This document shows, one piece after another, positions 1 to 12,179 of a stretch of 64,000 bases of DNA (position 1 is its first letter; every line of letters begins with the position of its first letter). This DNA is from Eledone cirrhosa (taxonomy: Eukaryota). The stretch lies in assembly GCA_964016885.1 (NCBI GenBank), contig OZ024747.1, positions 15,314,001 through 15,378,000 on the forward strand. Direction: 5' to 3'. The notes under the pieces were generated by a model. It was not told where the DNA came from. It saw nothing but the letters and a program-made list of their open reading frames with translations, and ran no database searches. The translations under genes were made by a program, and so were the position numbers.

Positions 1-737
1 TATAGATCCATATATTCGTACTTACATAAATAAATATATATCTATATATCTACGTATGTATTTATTTACGTATATGTTTATTGATATATGAATAATTGAG
101 TAAATTCCCAACAGAATATGTTATTCAGAAGATCTTTTGTCCATACTTTAAGCTACCTTACGATATTTTCCTCCTTATATCAACTTGAAAAGATGATCTA
201 GGGCCAATATTTTTGAATACAAATCAAGAAATAGCTTGTCCATTATTTCTCTCTAGTCGTTCGTTAGAATATTACGATTGGCGGTATAACGATTGGACGG
301 TTGTAGAAAAATGACCGTAGATAGCTCATTCACCAATATTATCAAATATAAGTGTGTTTGGGGAAAGGAAAAAAAAAAATATATGTATTTCAGAAGATGT
401 CGAGTGTCTTGATCAGTTGCATTAGTACCAATTCTGAAGAATAACAACTTCTAAAGAAGAAATATAGAAAGTATAGTAAGAAGGAGAAAAAAATTGTTTA
501 TTGGTTTAAAAGTAAATGATGTAAATGTAATTGGTTTTACCAATAATGCATATATAATCTGCACAAAGACACACGTATATACATAAACACCAACTCGGTC
601 AACTTAGATCTGACATGGACATACGGTCGCTATGCATATTTATATCAATGTTTTAAAGAATCGGACTTCTGGATTTATGTATGTATGTATGTATGTATGT
701 ATGTATGTATGTGCGTGTGTAAGAATGTATGTATGTT

Positions 738-793
<56 letters not shown>

Positions 794-1122
794 CGTGTGT
801 CTGTGTGAAGTGTCTGTGTGTAGTTTCACAGGAAGAGAGAGAGTGGAAGAGTAGGGAAGGGGGAGGGTGATGTGTAGATGGGGAGTAGGTGACAAAAGTG
901 ATGAGGAGCTTCATACAGAAGAAAAAGAAAATAAGACAGTGAAAATGGAATAGTGGAAGGGCTGGTGACCAATACAATACATTTTATAGGATCTGATTAC
1001 AGGAGAAAGAGAATGAAAGGAGACAAGGAGAGAATGAGAGATAGAGAGAGGGAGAAAGGTGTAGTAGAGAGAGAGAGAGAGAGAGAAATACATACATATA
1101 TATGTTGTAGATAGAGAGAGAG

Positions 1123-1170
<48 letters not shown>

Positions 1171-1393
1171 GTAGTAGAGGCAGAGAGAGAGAGAGAGAGT
1201 GGGGGAGGGGGGTCATATTGCTATAAGTAGCTTTCGAAGTTACAAATTGCTCTCATAATTGCTGGAGGTAAATAAAATTGATTAAAATGTTTGTTTTAAT
1301 GATAAACAGGACCTAGAAAATAAAGATATGTTTACCTGGCTTTAGAACAAGAGAAGCTTGAAATGAAGAAAAATTAACAAGAACAAAATAAAA

Positions 1394-2283
1394 ATTGTTT
1401 CTACTTTTGGCACAAGGCCAGCAATTATCCAGTACATTACTGGTACTTTATTTTATCGACCTCGTAAGGATGAAAGGCAAAGATAACCTCGACGAGATGT
1501 GAACTCAGACCGTAAAGGGGCGTAACTATGCTAGAAAGCATGGCGTCGAATACTCGACCGATACTGCCAATTCAACAATGATTGTTTCTACTTTTCACAC
1601 AAGACAGCAATTCACCCGGTGCATTACTGGTACTTAATTCTATCGATCCTGTAAAGATGAAAGGCAAGCTAACCTGGGCGGGATTTGAACTCAGAACGCT
1701 ATGGGCCATAACTCTATGTTGCAAAGCATGGCTTCCGGCCCTCTACTGATACTGCCAATCCACCGAACAAAACAACAACAATGATTTCTACTATAGGCAC
1801 AAGGCCAATCATTTGAAGGGGAGGGGAAAGCCGATTAAATTTACCCCAGTGTATTACTGATACTTTATTTTATCCACCCCGTAAGGATGAAAGGAAAAGT
1901 TATCCTCGGCGGGATTTGAACTGAGATCATAAAGGGCCGTAACACTATGCTGCAATGCATGGCGTCCGACCCTCTACCGATAGTGCCAATCCGAACCAAA
2001 CAATAATAATTATTTCTACTTTTGGCACAAGGCCAGCAATTAAACCAGTGTATAACTGGTACTTTATTTTATCGATCCCGTAAGGATGAAAGGCAAAGTT
2101 AACGTCGGCGGGATTTAAATTCAGATCATAAAGGGACGTAACTCTATGTTGCAAAGCATAATAATAGTTTCTACTTTTGGCACAAGGTCAGCAATTATCC
2201 CAGTGTATAACTGGTTTCTATTGTATCGACCCTATAAGGATGAAAGGCAAAGTTAAGCTCGGCGGGATTTGAACTCAGAACGT
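1394..2283 (-). mobile_element. Tandem array of five copies (three near-complete, two truncated) of the ~185-bp tRNA-derived SINE
   Basis: Copies at about 1394-1573, 1581-1765, 1783-1993, 2010-2158 and 2161-2283. Each is the reverse complement of TGGCAGTATCGGTAGAG..GAGTTCAAATCCCGCCGAGGTTAACTTTGCCTTTCATCCTTACGGGGTCGATAAAATAAAGTACCAG..GGCCTTGTGCC..AGAAAC, with A/B-box-like motifs in the head. Confidence 0.9.
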
Positions 2284-2289
2284 ATTGTT

Positions 2290-2401
2290 ATCCCGCCGAG
2301 GTTAACTTTGCCTTTCATCCTTACGGGGTCGATAAAATAAAGTACCAGTAATACACTGGGTAATTGCTGGCCTTGTGCCTAACGTAGAAACAATTATTGT
2401 T
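2290..2401 (+). mobile_element. 5'-truncated SINE copy, inverted relative to the preceding copy
   Basis: ATCCCGCCGAGGTTAACTTTGCC...GGCCTTGTGCCTAACGTAGAAACAATTATT; forms a foldback with 2161-2268. Confidence 0.9.
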
Positions 2402-2419
2402 ATTATTATTGCTGCAAAG

Positions 2420-3662
2420 GCTCGGCACCTGGAGAGGCAGGTCCATGCCGTCCAACAGCGTCGTCGGACGCTGGACGGAGGGACCGGTTAAATTGCTAGT
2501 TGTCTGGTTCGGTCCGGTCCTCCAGACGGACAAAAACTGGCACGAGGTGACGAGCAGGGTGGCTTCTCTCACCCAGAAATGGGCGGAGAGGAAGCTATCC
2601 CTGAAAGGTCGAGCGGAGGTGGCTAACGCGTACATCGCGTCTGTCATCTGCTACCGCCTGACCGTCGTACCTTGTCCTAAGCCTCGCCTGACTGCGCTGG
2701 AGCGTTTGCTCTTTCGCTTTTTGTGGAAGGGACGTGCTCCGATGGTCAGGCGGTCCATCTGTTGTCAACACCCGCTACGTGGAGGGCTGGGCATGCCGTG
2801 GCTGATGATGCGCAGGCACGCGCTCAGGCTACGACATCTCCACCTCTTCCACGACGGTGATCAGGTGTGGTCGCCGTTTGCTAGGCGCGTATTTCCCCAG
2901 CTCGTTTCCTTGCCGGAGCTGCAGTCCTGGGTCAAGCGAAGACCGAGAGGGAGCGCCTGGAGACTGGAATGTCTTCAGGCGCTCACAGCCCTCGACCAAT
3001 CGGGCAATGTGATCGGTGGAAACTCCACCTCGGCGTTCTATAGAGGATTAGTGGAGGGGAAGAGCGACGACGTACTTGGGGAAACTCTAGGCGTCGACGA
3101 AAATCAACTAGCCAATCTCTTCGGAAGAACTTTCGGGCCAGGGCCTATGGACAACTTCCAGAAATCTCTGGCCTGGCAGTGCTACCGAGGAGCCTTGCCA
3201 GTTCGGGATAAACTCTACAGGCATGGAGGTGCCGTCAGCCGGGCATGTCCGAGATGCGCGCAGGGCGATGAAACCGTCCTGCACGCACTCGTCCAGTGTC
3301 CGAAAATTGCTGACTTGTGGGTTTATGTCGAACACCTGCTGTCGCGTTTAGGACGGATCCGGCTATCATCTGAGTCCATCGTGAGGATTGCCCCGCCCTC
3401 CTCCTTTAGCCGGGAAGGGCAGGCAGTTTTTATCTGCCTGGTGGCCATGGCGAAAGAGATAGTATGGTGGACACGTTTGAAAGGGCTGAAGACGAGCACT
3501 TACCTCTTCGGTGATGCTCTGATTGACTTTTTCAAATTTCATTTGAAAAGGAAAATCAGAGTAGAGAGGGAAGTGCTCTCTTCCCAGCATTTTGTTGAAA
3601 GATGGGTGAGAGAAGCAAGAATGGCCCGAGTGAATGGGCCTACTCTGAGTATATATCTGTAA
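2420..3662 (+). pseudogene. Uninterrupted C-terminal part of Tx1 ORF2 (post-RT region and zf-RVT-type CCHC)
   Basis: ORF 2397-3662 contains LSLKGRAEVAN, GGLGMP and CPRCAQGDETVLHALVQC. The first residues of the ORF come from flanking DNA. Confidence 0.85.
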
Positions 3663-3912
3663 ACTAAAGGTGGAAAACTGGGAGAGGGCACTTGCCTTGG
3701 TGGTCAGGGTCATTGTGGCTTTTTACTGGGCTTTCTCCACAAATGTCCCTCCGAAGTCTCCCCCCTATTGGGGAATTTTTCATTGTTATTTTTTGTTACA
3801 TCCTCTGTTTTTGTTTTTTACACGCAGAAATGCCCATTTGTACCGTCCTGCATTGTCCTGCACTGTCCTTAATGTCTACTTTATGTAAACCCTTGTGGTT
3901 AATAAAGAAATC
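2420..3912 (+). mobile_element. 5'-truncated Tx1/L1-clade LINE (copy A, divergent subfamily) with 18-bp TSD
   Basis: ATTATTATTGCTGCAAAG occurs at 2402-2419 and 3913-3930. The ORF2 C-terminus is homologous to 39437-41287. The 3' end is ACCCTTGTGGTTAATAAAGAAATC. Confidence 0.92.
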
Positions 3913-5624
3913 ATTATTATTGCTGCAAAGCAATAATAATAACAATAATAACAATACGACAGGTAAAAACAAAATGTGTGTAATGGAGGCAATCCGGCTA
4001 GAAATATGTTTTATGTAAAATAATTAATTGTTGGGAAGATAAAAAGTTCAGCTAATAAGAACACGTCCAGTTATGAACAAGATAAAACTTTGAAGGAGAT
4101 AATAAACATTAGACAGGAATTATATGATTCAATTCTGTTTGAAAGTTTCGAGTAGTCTAATGACTACTCGAAATATTTATCATCTTAGTTATTTTGCAAA
4201 TCATGGCGCCCGGGAATTCTTTGCTTTCAATATTTTTCCGTAAAAATGTTTGTTTCTCTGCTAGAACTCGCGTTTGTGCACGATTTTCATTTGAATATGT
4301 CTTCCACTAGGTTTGCCCTTGGTACACTTTTGTAGTAGAATGGGTAGAGTTGTTGGATTTAATATCTTAAATTATTTAGTTTTTTTCTTTTTCTCAGATA
4401 CTCTGCCATCAAACCTATTCAGTGTTAATTTTGATACTCATTGTACCTGAATCGAAAGCAAAAATACCATTTAAGCATTTCGATTGATGCAGTTGCACAA
4501 TACTCACTCCTGTAATCATAATTGCTTCATATCGGTACTTGTAGCTTAAAAAGAGTAAGGGTGTCCAGATACAGCTGAAAAATGAAGAAGTTTGGGGAAT
4601 GGGCATAATCGTGTGGATTGCCATCGAACCTGGGAGGTTAATTGTTTAAAGTAACTCGATGGCATTAGGAATAAGGAGATGAAGAAAGCTGAGTACGTAT
4701 GTAGAAAGTGGTATAGGTGAAAGCTTATTGAGTGTTTAACACATCATACTGCAAACATATTCAAATACTGGGTAAAAGGAAAACAATAATAGCCAGCAAA
4801 GAAGTGATATAGAGAAACATTATCCTTGGTTGTGGAAAACACTCGTTACTTTACTAGATGTGTATTTATAATTGTGGATTAAGAGATATGCTAAAATATA
4901 AATCTCTGGGACACCATTGCTAATTGGTTAGCTATGTCACTGACATTTTATTTAATGTTTTCAATAACAAAATAGTAAACAGCTAAATTTTGTTAGATAG
5001 TTTTAATTTGCGACTAAATATTTTTTCGTATAAAGTCAAGTTTTTCTGCTATATCTGCTATTTCACTGAAGTGTATAATAATGATGATAGTTTCTGAAGC
5101 ACATTTATCACAAATCATGCATATACATTGAAACATTGTATTAGGCAATCAAATACTGATATTAGATAATGCGTTATTATGATGAAATTAATTAGAAATT
5201 CCATGAAAATCGAAATATGGCTTCCGGCTGTGTTATCGGGACTGAGATATAAGATTTCATATTTGCGATTTACAATATAAGAAACCGTTTAATTTCGTGC
5301 GTTTGGCATAGAATAAAACAGTGTGACGAGGAATATCTTTAACGATAGAACATTTACGAGAATACAAATATCTGGCTTCTGATATTGACAAAACAACAAA
5401 TGAATCAATATTAAGCAGTACGTTGCATGATAAAGAAATATATATATTTATATATAAAGTATCATATATATGTACTTGTTATTTTGTTGCTTTTTTGTCA
5501 CAATGTGTGTATTTGCTTTTCTTTTGGGGGAGTTTTTTCTCTGTGATAAATAAGACGCCGTCATCTCACGTGCAATGACGTCATATTCAGGTTGAAAATA
5601 CAGTATATATAAAAAAATATTAAT

Positions 5625-5780
5625 GATTTCTAGTATAAATCGACCCCAGTACGTTACTGGTGCTTTATTTTATCGACCCCGTAAGGATGAAAGGCAAAGT
5701 TAACTTCGGCGGGATTTGAACTCAAAATGTAAAGGACCGTAACTCTATGCTGCAAAGCATGGTGTCCGACTCTACCGATA
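5625..5780 (-). mobile_element. tRNA-derived SINE copy (partial)
   Basis: TTTATCGACCCCGTAAGGATGAAAGGCAAAGTTAACTTCGGCGGGATTTGAACTC matches the family core. Confidence 0.85.
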
Positions 5781-5814
5781 ATATATATAAAAAATAATAA
5801 TAACTTTAGTATAT

Positions 5815-5980
5815 ACGCAGGCAAGGCAGTGTAGTTACGACACTCAATTTGCGAGCACGTATTTTCAGGTTCGAGCCCAATTCAAGGCACCATAATTAAA
5901 TATATTTTACTTCAAACACCGGCTGACTGATGCTTTGTCTATGAAATTTGCTTAAGTCGAACTACGTGGGAGCACATATA
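5815..5980 (+). mobile_element. Degenerate tRNA-derived SINE of a second family
   Basis: A-box-like GGCAGTGTAGTTA and B-box-like GGTTCGAGCCC followed by a degenerate body. Confidence 0.45.
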
Positions 5981-6254
5981 AAATAGCTGAGAAGTTACCA
6001 GTCGTTTCTTTTTTTTTTTTAATTATCTTGTTTTTGTATTTTCTTCTGTATTATCTACCTGTAAAATCTCTCTGGACAATCTTCTCTTCTTTCTTGATTT
6101 TTATTTCCATTGAAGTAACGCCAAGGCACGTTTATTACCTCTTTTAAGCGTTAAACTATAAAGGATCGATCGACTTTCGTCAAATCGGACCGACGAAAGA
6201 ATGTTTCCGTTAGTCTTTCCAGTTGCTAATACTATCTATCGGTCGCAACTCCAG

Positions 6255-6380
6255 GTAGAAGGAGCAACGTGAAATAAAGTGTCTTGCTCAAGGACATAAC
6301 GCTTCGCCCAGTCCAGGAAACGAAGTCACAACCTCAAGATTGTGAATCCAATTCTCTAACCACTCAGCCACACGCCTTCA
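6255..6380 (-). mobile_element. tRNA-derived SINE head with CORE/V-like segment (third family)
   Basis: Minus strand reads TGAAGGCGTGTGGCTGAGTGGTTAGAG...TGTCCTTGAGCAAGACACTTTATTTCACGTTGCTCC; related to 60187-60499. Confidence 0.7.
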
Positions 6381-6893
6381 CGCTAAACTATTACACTAGA
6401 TATCTGTAGCCAATTTTGTTATTAATCATCTGTGACGCGACGCACCTTATACCTTTTCCTCATTTTCCTCTTTACTCTTTACTATTTTACTGCGACACCT
6501 TATCCGAAACATCTTCCTCTGTCACGTGACACCATCAATTTTTGGATGTTTTCTTCTCTTGTCACATGACACAATAAATTTTTCTATTTGACTCCATGAG
6601 TGTAATTGACCATTAAAACTATCCAGCACACTGTTTAACTATCCCGTTAGACACTGTGACACCGAATGAAGTAGTAGTGCTGAAGGTAGGGGCTGAAACT
6701 GTTCATTTCAGCAACTGATGACTATTGAGAAGTTTGTTCCATTTATGTTACCAAGTTTGTGTCTCCTACGTACCAATCCTCTCCATTGTTCGTCTGTCCC
6801 TACAATACTGTCCGGTTTATACTGCATTTCTTGCCATTTTCCTTACATTACCTCGTTGAATTTTATAATGTACTCACTCAGTCACACACACAC

Positions 6894-6966
<73 letters not shown>

Positions 6967-6967
<1 letters not shown>

Positions 6968-7131
6968 CGAGGGAAAAGTGGTAAGGAACCAGGTGGACCA
7001 TAACGCACCAAAGTACTCAATACTTAGGGTAGTAGAGTGGGTAATAGGAGTAAGTAAGACCCCGACGGCTAATTCTGTACAGAATTAGCCGTCGAAACGG
7101 CTTGAGCTCAGCCGTCGGGGTCTTACTTACT

Positions 7132-7133
<2 letters not shown>
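6967..7133 (-). mobile_element. (TA)n-flanked palindromic mini-element, copy 1
   Basis: Arms GGAGTAAGTAAGACCCCGACGGCT / AGCCGTCGGGGTCTTACTTACTCC; shared body GGACCATAACGCACCAAAGTACTCAATACTTAGGGTAGTAGAGTGGGTAATAGG; (TA)n on both sides. Confidence 0.8.
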
Positions 7134-7190
<57 letters not shown>

Positions 7191-7194
<4 letters not shown>

Positions 7195-7388
7195 ATGGGT
7201 GTGGTAAAATACCAGGTGGACCATAACCCTCCAGAGTATTCGATACTTGGGGTAGTAGAGTGAGTGGTTTGAAAAGATTCAGGACCCCGACGGCTAAACT
7301 CCGGCAGTTTCGACTGTTAGATCCGAACTGTTCGGATCTCACTGTCGAAACGGCCGGAGCTTAGCCGTCGGGGTCCTGAATCTTTTCA
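7191..7388 (-). mobile_element. Palindromic mini-element, copy 2
   Basis: Same body, diverged. About 120-nt imperfect hairpin TGAAAAGATTCAGGACCCCGACGGCT...AGCCGTCGGGGTCCTGAATCTTTTCA; (TA)n on the left, Helitron-like start on the right. Confidence 0.8.
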
Positions 7389-9409
7389 TCTCTCTATATA
7401 TATAGAACAGAGGATGTCTGTATGTATGTCTGTGTAAATCCCTAAAACTCGAGAAGTACCCGACCGATTTTTTTCAAACTTTACACATGCGTTACGTATA
7501 TTTCTTGAAGTCAATGGACTAAAAAAATTTAACTTTTTGTGTCCGAGTGCCCGCATTAGGCGAAAACCGCATTTTAAGGCATTTTTAGGCTTTTCTTATG
7601 CGTAACTTAAAGATAATCCAGCCGATTTCCACGAAATTTGCAGCACGCATTAAATAGTCCCCTCGCATTGCTGTGGACTAAAATAATTTCCGATTCTATT
7701 AATGGTTTCTACGAAATTTACGAATTAGCAATGGGCATTACCTGCCATTTTCATTTTCAATATAAACGTTACTTAAACATCGTAAGTAGCGTATATTTCG
7801 TTAACAATTTGGTTTATTTATCAGAGGACACAACATTTACTTATTTTTAAGCAGGGCCATTTTCGGGGGATTGAAGAAATGAGGAGGACTTTAAAATTTT
7901 TGTCGGCGCCCTGTTGACGCTTCGTGCTTTCATCACGCGCAAAACCGGGCACTGTGTACGTTGCCGTGTTATTGACACCGTAAAACTCACGTCTGGGCTA
8001 CTTCTACTAAGACCCCTTTTGGCGCACCTACACCGCAGTATGAACGCCCTGCGTAAGTACGCCGAAGAGCGGTTGTTCTAATTCCGCGGTGACCCCTTTT
8101 GTCGCACCTTTTTTACTGTGTAAAAGCAGTGCAACCAGTGCTGCCAACGTTTGTGCTAATTGCACTATGACCCCCCGCCCCTTCTGCTGACGCTCCGTTG
8201 CCACGCTGATTTCGTCATCGCAATATCATTACTTGAAAGTACATCCCTATTTGGTGTTCCCATAATTGACTACGTCGTTCCTTCTGACTGACGCTAGTTG
8301 CCCATCCGTGACGTAATTCGTGAACAGACTTACGACCTACATCGCCCCACAACACTTACTTACTCCTTACGCATACAAGATTTCCGCAATCACGCCACTG
8401 ACACTGCTACTACTGGAATCGGCATGCTGGTGTTCTGCGTTTCCAGTAGATGAACAATCATTCCCTGAGAATAAGGGAATTCAAAAAGTACACAGCTACA
8501 TTCCTTGTAGATTGTACTTTCTTGTATATTGCTCTGATTGTTGATTATTTAATTAATTGAGCCGCATAGTGAATGGTTGCCAAAAACACATATATATATC
8601 TATGGCTCTGTCTAGTTTATGTATATGTAAATCTATATATTTTATAATATCCCATATGGTTGAGAAACTATGTAGGCAGTATTCGGCTGCGCTTTCTAGC
8701 AACCAGCCCACTCGCAGTAAGGCACCAATCACACGCTTTCTGACTTGACCACTAGCCACGTCACAGTTCTTAGCCATTTTGAATTCGTTTCAGGCGGGGA
8801 TCATTTAAGAAGAATCTTTGTCCAATTGAGTTTCTTTCCTGATGATTTCGAAACTCGTGTATTTATCCTTGATCGGATATTTCCAAAAAGCGAATGAAAC
8901 CTCATGGGATAGAGACATAATTTTGGTATGCTTATATACATTTTTCCTTCTAATTTTGATTTTGTACCTAATTGTGTATGGTTGGCTATATATCTAATCG
9001 ATTTCCATGGGCTATTAGAAATACTGGGTAAATATTCTGTGGCTGTTGATCGCGGATAAAATAGCTATCGTTTATTTACCTATTCTTCGTAGGTGCATTT
9101 TAATCTTATAGCCTTGTTTAATTGATTTTTTGTGTGGTTGATTATGCTGATTGGGAAGGGAAATACTGTATATATTTTATCAAATGATTCTATGGACGTA
9201 CTTTCTTGTATATTACTCTGATTGTTGATTATTAATTAATTAATTCGTCATTGAGCCACACTGTGAATGGTTGCCAAAAACACACATATATATATCTATG
9301 GCTCTGTCTAGTTTATTATATGTAAATCTCTCTCTATATATATATACATATGAAAATATTATTTGCCCACAGACATTCTATACGGCCTTCACTGTGGGTA
9401 GTAATCTAG
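7389..9409 (+). mobile_element. Non-autonomous Helitron with a nested insertion
   Basis: 5' A|TC followed by TCTATATATATAGAA..GTCTGTATGTATGTCTG..AACTCGAGAA..CCGATTT, a typical non-autonomous Helitron start. 3' hairpin TGCCCACAG/CTGTGGGTA (9364-9400), then CTAG|T at 9406-9410. Confidence 0.6.
8514..9335 (+). mobile_element. Unit bounded by ~125-bp direct repeats, each with a degenerate hammerhead (Penelope-like pLTR or retrozyme-like)
   Basis: Direct repeats at about 8514-8640 and 9198-9335. The second copy reads GAGCCACA CTG-TGA ATGG TTG CCA AAAAC ...ATC TATGGCTC, with stem I and II retained and the core decayed. Confidence 0.5.
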
Positions 9410-9589
9410 TCAAAGCATATGAGGCTAGTTATCTAGTTAAAGCATTAGTGTCATTTAATTAATGACTGTTAAACGTTTAATAGCAATCTATTTATTTCTA
9501 TCAAACATTAAGTCGTACGTTATTGTTTCAAAAATACATTATACTAATGTATAATAAAAAATCTTTTTCAATGACATATAGTGAATGCT

Positions 9590-9678
<89 letters not shown>

Positions 9679-10226
9679 TTTATGTGCATTAATTGTTTAT
9701 GAACCTTTCGTACATAGATTGTAATTTTATGGTCTCTTAGAAAGCAATATTTGCATATGGGTCAGAAGATAAGTTGTCTACGAGGAGATAGTAAAATATA
9801 ATCTAGATTATTGTTCAACTTTTGATAATATGTATAAAAACAGTCTTTGTCAATATAAATGTATAACCTTAAGTGGCTGTATATTATATTACATTATTTC
9901 ATTATATTATAGTTGAGAAGAAAGGCGTAAAAGTATTTCTATTTACAGTGCAACCAGACAGTTAAAAAAAGTCAGTCAGTCTACATATCTAAATAGTTAA
10001 GCTTCAAATGTCCAGTCTATAATCAGTTAAACACACGCACAGACGTACATCTTACACACACACACACACAAACACGGCCCTCTGTTTCTGTTTTCATTAA
10101 AGTATTTATATATATTCTTTCATTATAATTTTTTTACCCTCTACCCCCCCAAAAAACACACACACTTTAATGTCTTTCCCCACTCCCCCTCGCACCCTCG
10201 CAACTCTTTTCCTCCCCCCTTTTCTC

Positions 10227-10342
10227 CCGATGAAGAGCTTATGCCCGAAACGTCGTTCCCCACACCCACTCTCAAGCGTGAACCTAATATTAACACTTTG
10301 TACTGCCTCTTCGCTTTGATTTTGTTTTTGTTTTCTGTTTTA

Positions 10343-10350
<8 letters not shown>
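10227..10350 (+). mobile_element. Penelope-like element 3' end with degenerate hammerhead, ending in (TA)n
   Basis: CCGATGA AGAGC TTAT GCCC GAAAC GTC (core U-to-C change), then a T-rich tail and (TA)n. Confidence 0.5.
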
Positions 10351-10391
<41 letters not shown>

Positions 10392-10479
10392 AATATATGT
10401 ATATGTATATATATATATACATATATATATGTGTGTTGTGTGCACGAGGATGAGTCTCCAAGTTAAATCAACTGAATAT

Positions 10480-10615
10480 CTTGGTGATGCGGGAGTTTAA
10501 ATCACGCCGAAGTTGACTTCACCTTTCATCCTTACGGAGATCACGCACTGGTGTCGATTTAATTGACTTTTCCCTCCCCCAAAATTGCTGGCCTTGTGCC
10601 TATATAAGAAACCTT
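10480..10615 (+). mobile_element. Diverged SINE copy (long variant)
   Basis: GAGTTTAAATCACGCCGAAGTTGACTT..CTTTCATCCTTACGG...TTGCTGGCCTTGTGCCTATATAAGAAAC. Confidence 0.75.
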
Positions 10616-10917
10616 TATATACAGTATTATGAATCATACATTCGAAACATTATAACGCTACCTACTAATAGAAGGCATTTGTAAGTCTTTTAATAGCTAC
10701 CTTTCTTCATGCGTGAGAATGAAAATATCTGAAAGAGATTTCGGAATGAAATCCCGTGTGAGGATAAGGCGTAAGGAGGATACTTTTTTTTTGTTTTCTC
10801 TTAGCTAGTCAAGGGGTGGTGGTGGTGGTTTTTTAAAGGTCAATGTTCGTTATTATATTAGTGGAAAATTAATGTGAATATCATATGATTGGTTATAAGT
10901 GTACGTAGCAGTCTTCA

Positions 10918-11168
10918 TCTCATCATTATCTATAAAAGCGGTGAATTGGCAGTATCGAGGGCGGTGAATTGGCAGTATCGCCAGAGGGTCGGACATGCTT
11001 TCCAGCATAGTTACGTCCCTTTACGATCTGAGTTCAAATCCGGCCGAGGTTAAATTTGCCTTTCATCCTTACGGGGTCGATAAAATAAAGTACCAGTAAT
11101 ATACTGATTAATTGTTGGCCTTGTGCCTAACATAGAAACAATTATCTATAAAAGGCAGATTGTTGTTG

Positions 11169-11208
<40 letters not shown>

Positions 11209-11971
11209 ATGTTCCATGTTTATACATTTGCACAATTTCAAAACAATTCGACTCAAAGTCTGTAAGAATGTTGTAAATGGTCTGAACTTAGGTCAACTAC
11301 TATTTATTTATTTCAAAGTCACCCACAATTACGGAAATAATGGATAAAACTAAATACATTACGCTTTACCCCTCTACTACAATCTGAAATCCTCACTCTA
11401 CTCCCCTTAAAATTCGATAAAACTACATACATGCTGCAACTTTCTCTTATATACGCTACAACTTACAAGCTTCGAAGAAAGAAGAGAGAAAGAAATGAAG
11501 GAGAGAGAGAAAGAGTGTGAGAGAGAGAGAGAACGTTTGTTTTTGAGTGTGGAACGGTCAAACATTTATTTACTTCAATGACAACGAAGAGTACTTATTA
11601 CATTTCATACGAAACAACAATTATTCAAAAGCAACAGATAAATTTATTCAACAACAACAACAAATAGTGATAAATCTTTTTTAACACATCTCTCAACGAA
11701 CGCGGAAGAAAGAAGTATCAGTTTATTTACTACACACAAGAATATCCTCTATGAGGTCAGTAAACCTGCTAGAAACAGCAGCTAACTCTCCCCCATATCA
11801 CACCCCTCCCTACTGTCTTAAATTTAGAAAACACACAGACAACCACGCAGTCCAGGTCTACAATTCATTCACCCAGTGCCTGGCAGACAAAAAAGTGCTA
11901 CCATAAAATGGGTGGTGCAACCTAATTTTGGTAACTTACTGACCCCGAGCAACGCCGGGCTTTAATGCTAG
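10918..11971 (+). mobile_element. Non-autonomous Helitron carrying a SINE near its 5' end
   Basis: A|TC at 10917/10918; internal (GT)n; 3' CCCCGAGCAACGCCGGG hairpin followed by CTAG|T (11968-11972). Confidence 0.7.
10939..11140 (+). mobile_element. Full-length SINE with 14-bp TSD and duplicated 5' head
   Basis: TSD ATTATCTATAAAAG at 10925-10938 and 11141-11154; GCGGTGAATTGGCAGTATCG is present twice. Confidence 0.92.
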
Positions 11972-12080
11972 TCGTAACTAAATCTGAAGATAATCAATGA
12001 GAAAAGTTGAAAAAATCTGTCTTGCACTCTATCCACATATTTTCACTACTCACAGTTACATTGGTGTTAACAGGGTTAAG

Positions 12081-12179
12081 TATGGCTTCATATATTATGG
12101 CTTCATATATTATGGCTTCATATATTATGGCTTCATATATTATGGCTTCATATATTATGGCTTCATATATTTTGGCTTC
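12081..12179. repeat. 15-bp minisatellite (TATGGCTTCATATAT) x6 plus a partial unit
   Basis: Perfect tandem units read directly. Confidence 0.95.

Noticed and set aside
6430-6880. GTGACAC-type repeats plus CTGAAGG..GAAAC, a possible PLE end
   Set aside because: The core is mutated and the stems are weak, so it is too degenerate to call.
12081-12179. CRISPR-like periodicity
   Set aside because: Contiguous 15-bp units with no spacers, in eukaryotic context.
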